From the NCBI GenBank assembly GCA_963674735.2, contig CAXXQS010000002.1, positions 1,632,001-1,696,000 of the forward strand: 64,000 bases of DNA. Reading direction: 5' to 3'. This document shows positions 61,594-64,000 of the stretch, in pieces. How positions within the stretch are numbered: position 1 is the first letter of the stretch; each line of letters starts with the position of its first letter. The notes beneath the pieces were generated by a model that saw only the letters and a list, made by a program, of their open reading frames with translations, was not told the origin of the DNA and made no database searches. This DNA is from Myxococcota bacterium (GTDB lineage: Bacteria; Myxococcota_A; SURF-8). Made by a program: the position numbers and the translations under genes.

Positions 61594-61643
61594 TGCGAGA
61601 TCGGAAGACCCAAAACTTCGCATTCTTTGAACGAGAGGACAGC

Positions 61644-61802
61644 ATGAGCGACAGAACGAAGACTACGGAACAAGAAGTCCGGAGCAGCAAGAAGCCATAT
61701 AAAAAACCCGAAGTCGAAAGCGCCAAGATTTACGAGCGTTTATCGCTGGCCTGCGGTAAAGCTACGCAGCCTCCCTGCCGCACTCCGCTTAAGTCGGCTT
61801 AA
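61644..61802 (+). CDS. Putative RiPP-like precursor peptide (52 aa)
   Basis: GAGAGGA RBS. Sequence MSDRTKTTEQEVRSSKKPYKKPEVESAKIYERLSLACGKATQPPCRTPLKSA has a KKPYxKP (YxxP) leader motif and a Cys-x7-Cys core. Confidence 0.75.
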   Translation: MSDRTKTTEQEVRSSKKPYKKPEVESAKIYERLSLACGKATQPPCRTPLKSA

Positions 61803-61824
61803 TTCAAGGTCTACAGGTTAGCTG

Positions 61825-62679
61825 TTGCCTCACACATCGGAAGGCTTTTGTATTGCGGGCGTTTTCTTTTCGCTGGATGCTGCGCCTGAGGTATATAAAG
61901 CTTGCGTCATTCCTCGATATCTTTCGGCATTCATCTCCGATGGCATGAGTCGTCACGACTTGGTGCATGCGCGGATCGAAGCGCTTGACAAGCCGGAAGA
62001 ATTCGTGAGCGATTCAACCGTACCGGATGTTCGGATTCTGCCTCATCATCAAGGCTATCGTATTGAAGTTCCAGGGGGTATTTTCGCTAATGTCGATGAG
62101 GAAAACCGATCGATCGTGATGATGATTCCGCGCGCATTGCTTGAAGGCGATTGTTTCACGGCCTGGATCCCATTTTCTTCCCTGCTCCGTATCTTCTTTT
62201 CGATCGAATTACCCAAGCGGAACAGCGGACTTCTCATGCATGCTTCCTCGATTGAAACAACCCAAGGGGCACAACTGTTTCTCGGGCCTTCGGGGGCGGG
62301 AAAATCCACGGTTTGCGATCTGGGGGGTGAACGAAATATTTTGAATGACGAAGTATCGATTTTACGCCGGATTTCAGGCTCTTGGGTCGTGGAACCTTCT
62401 CCGTTCTTTTCCCGCGAAACACGGGAAAATCGCGCGATTCGGCCCGGTCCTGTGGCCGGGATTCATCTGCTAACTCAATCGGAATTCGATTCTCTTGAAT
62501 CTCTATCCATTCCGCAGGCGCTAGCTCCCTTCATGCGCTGCATCATGAATTTTTTGGATGGCCCCGAGGTGGCGGAAAGACTTCTGGAGCTTTCCACGGA
62601 CTGTCTGATGGCCCATCCGGCCACCCGCCTGTATTTCACTCCAACCCCGGCATTTTGGTCGCACATCGAAGCGGATTGA
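61825..62679 (+). CDS. HPr kinase-related P-loop protein (ScmC / RiPP-kinase-like)
   Basis: GLLMHASSI...LFLGPSGAGKST (Walker A)...LNDE, the HprK-like His / P-loop / acidic-pair layout. Confidence 0.75.
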   Translation: MPHTSEGFCIAGVFFSLDAAPEVYKACVIPRYLSAFISDGMSRHDLVHARIEALDKPEEFVSDSTVPDVRILPHHQGYRIEVPGGIFANVDEENRSIVMMIPRALLEGDCFTAWIPFSSLLRIFFSIELPKRNSGLLMHASSIETTQGAQLFLGPSGAGKSTVCDLGGERNILNDEVSILRRISGSWVVEPSPFFSRETRENRAIRPGPVAGIHLLTQSEFDSLESLSIPQALAPFMRCIMNFLDGPEVAERLLELSTDCLMAHPATRLYFTPTPAFWSHIEAD

Positions 62680-62687
62680 TTTCGCGG

Positions 62688-64000
62688 CTATTTCTCCTTG
62701 TGAGGGAAGGCTTGCGGACTGTTGAAATACGCCTTGGTTTCCTTGGCAACCAGGCCTGAGAGGAATAGCAGCCCGATCAGGTTCGGGAAGGCCATCAACC
62801 CGTTGAAAATATCTGAAACGGTCCACACGACCGGCAAAGCCAGTGTCGCACCGAGCGGGATGGCCAGGGTGTAGAGCGTTCGATAGACAATCACGGATTT
62901 TGCTCCAAAGATGAACTCAGTCGAACGATCTCCATAATAACTCCATGAAATTATGGTCGAAAAAGCAAAGAAAACGAGTCCAAAGCTGACGATGTAGCGG
63001 CCGATTCCCGGCAGCGCTTGCTGAAAAGCGCTGGCGGACAGGACAGCTCCCGTCAGTTGTTTGCCCGTTTCGGGGTCTGTGTGCGTCCACAAGCCACTAA
63101 TCAAGATGACCAGGGCTGTCATAGAGCAAATCACGATCGTGTCGATAAATGGCCCCAACATGGCGACCAATCCCTCACGCGGGGGATACTTGGTTTTGGC
63201 GGCGGCATGGGCGATGGGAGCCGATCCCAAACCGGCTTCATTGGAAAAAAGACCGCGAGCCACACCGAATCGCATGGTCTCCATCACCGTGGCGCCCAAA
63301 AAGCCTCCGGCGGCGGAAGTCGGGGTGAAGGCGTGCTTGACGATCAGGGCGAATGTGGCCGGAATCAGGTCGAAATGCATCACCAGAATCGTCAGGGATC
63401 CCAGAACGTAGATGATGGACATAAACGGCACGATACGAGACGCCACATTGGCGATGCGTCGGATGCCGCCAAGAATGACCAATCCCACCAATATCCCTAA
63501 AACAATGCCGGTTATCCATTTGGGGATTCCCAATTCCGCCAGTGGTTCGGCGACGGAATTGGCTTGCACCATGTTGCCGATACCGAAGGAGGCGATGACG
63601 GCGAACAGCGCGAATAGCCAACCCAGCCATTTTTGTCCAAGCCCCTCGGCCAGGTAATACATCGGGCCGCCGGAAACCGAGCCGTCGGGATTGATGCGCC
63701 GGTATTTGCTGCTCAGGGTGCACGAAGTGAATTTGGTGGCCATACCCACAAACGCCGTCACCCACATCCAGAAAATCGCTCCCGGACCGCCCGCCGCGAT
63801 CGCAGTGGCGACTCCGGCGATGTTGCCGGTCCCGATGGTGGCCGATAGCGCAGTTGCTAACGCCTGAAAATGACTGATGTCGCCTTCGTCCTCGGGATCG
63901 TCGAATTTCCCGGAAATCAATGTCCAGGCATAGCGAAAGCGTAATAGTTGGATGAGTTTCAGTCGTAGGGTAAGAAAGATTCCCGTGCCCACCAATAAAA
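62688..64000 (-). CDS. Sodium:alanine/glycine symporter (AGCS family), 5' end outside window
   Basis: ISHFQALATALSATIGTGNIAGVA, GGPGAIFWMW, GGPMYY, GVARGLFSNEAGLGSAP, FIDTIVICSMT. Confidence 0.93.
   Translation of the reverse strand, partial: LLVGTGIFLTLRLKLIQLLRFRYAWTLISGKFDDPEDEGDISHFQALATALSATIGTGNIAGVATAIAAGGPGAIFWMWVTAFVGMATKFTSCTLSSKYRRINPDGSVSGGPMYYLAEGLGQKWLGWLFALFAVIASFGIGNMVQANSVAEPLAELGIPKWITGIVLGILVGLVILGGIRRIANVASRIVPFMSIIYVLGSLTILVMHFDLIPATFALIVKHAFTPTSAAGGFLGATVMETMRFGVARGLFSNEAGLGSAPIAHAAAKTKYPPREGLVAMLGPFIDTIVICSMTALVILISGLWTHTDPETGKQLTGAVLSASAFQQALPGIGRYIVSFGLVFFAFSTIISWSYYGDRSTEFIFGAKSVIVYRTLYTLAIPLGATLALPVVWTVSDIFNGLMAFPNLIGLLFLSGLVAKETKAYFNSPQAFPHKEK

Noticed and set aside
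61735-61760. LSLAC as a lipobox in the peptide
   Set aside because: No hydrophobic h-region precedes it, so it is not a lipoprotein signal.
61644-62679. Lasso peptide gene cluster
   Set aside because: No cyclase or B2 protease in the window, and no Asp/Glu acceptor in the peptide core.
1-64000. CRISPR array, rRNA or IS transposase
   Set aside because: No regularly spaced repeat-spacer array, rRNA-like sequence or transposase ORF was seen by eye.

Overview
This is a GC-rich bacterial chromosome segment, probably Myxococcota/Deltaproteobacteria-like, judged from a MYXO-CTERM-type sorting signal, a PxxKW-type protein, a TIGR02266-like PilZ protein and a long S41 protease. Housekeeping blocks: fadD-like (partial), an Lrp-panB-unknown-aminotransferase operon, hsp20-lon-larB, an lpoB/lipoprotein/rodA operon, tRNA-Lys and tRNA-Glu, ftsEX-envC-PilZ-PilZ-S41, queEC, GT2/GT-C, apt and an alanine/glycine symporter (partial). 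Two regions stand out. (1) A ~12.6 kb element sits at the tRNA-Glu 3' end between 69-bp direct repeats (18596-18664 and 31234-31302). It encodes a large serine recombinase whose reading frame runs into the att repeat, with an apparent alternative C-terminal tail stranded at the far end. It also carries an excisionase-like HTH, an HUH rolling-circle Rep with a hairpin-rich candidate origin, and a 16-PAS hybrid kinase as cargo. (2) A RiPP-like cassette runs standalone RRE/PqqD -> 2,500-aa Ig/FG-GAP surface lipoprotein -> 52-aa YxxP-leader Cys2 peptide with its own promoter -> HPr-kinase-like P-loop protein, with no cyclase, radical SAM enzyme or protease in the window. All calls come from motif recognition by eye; no database searches were run.
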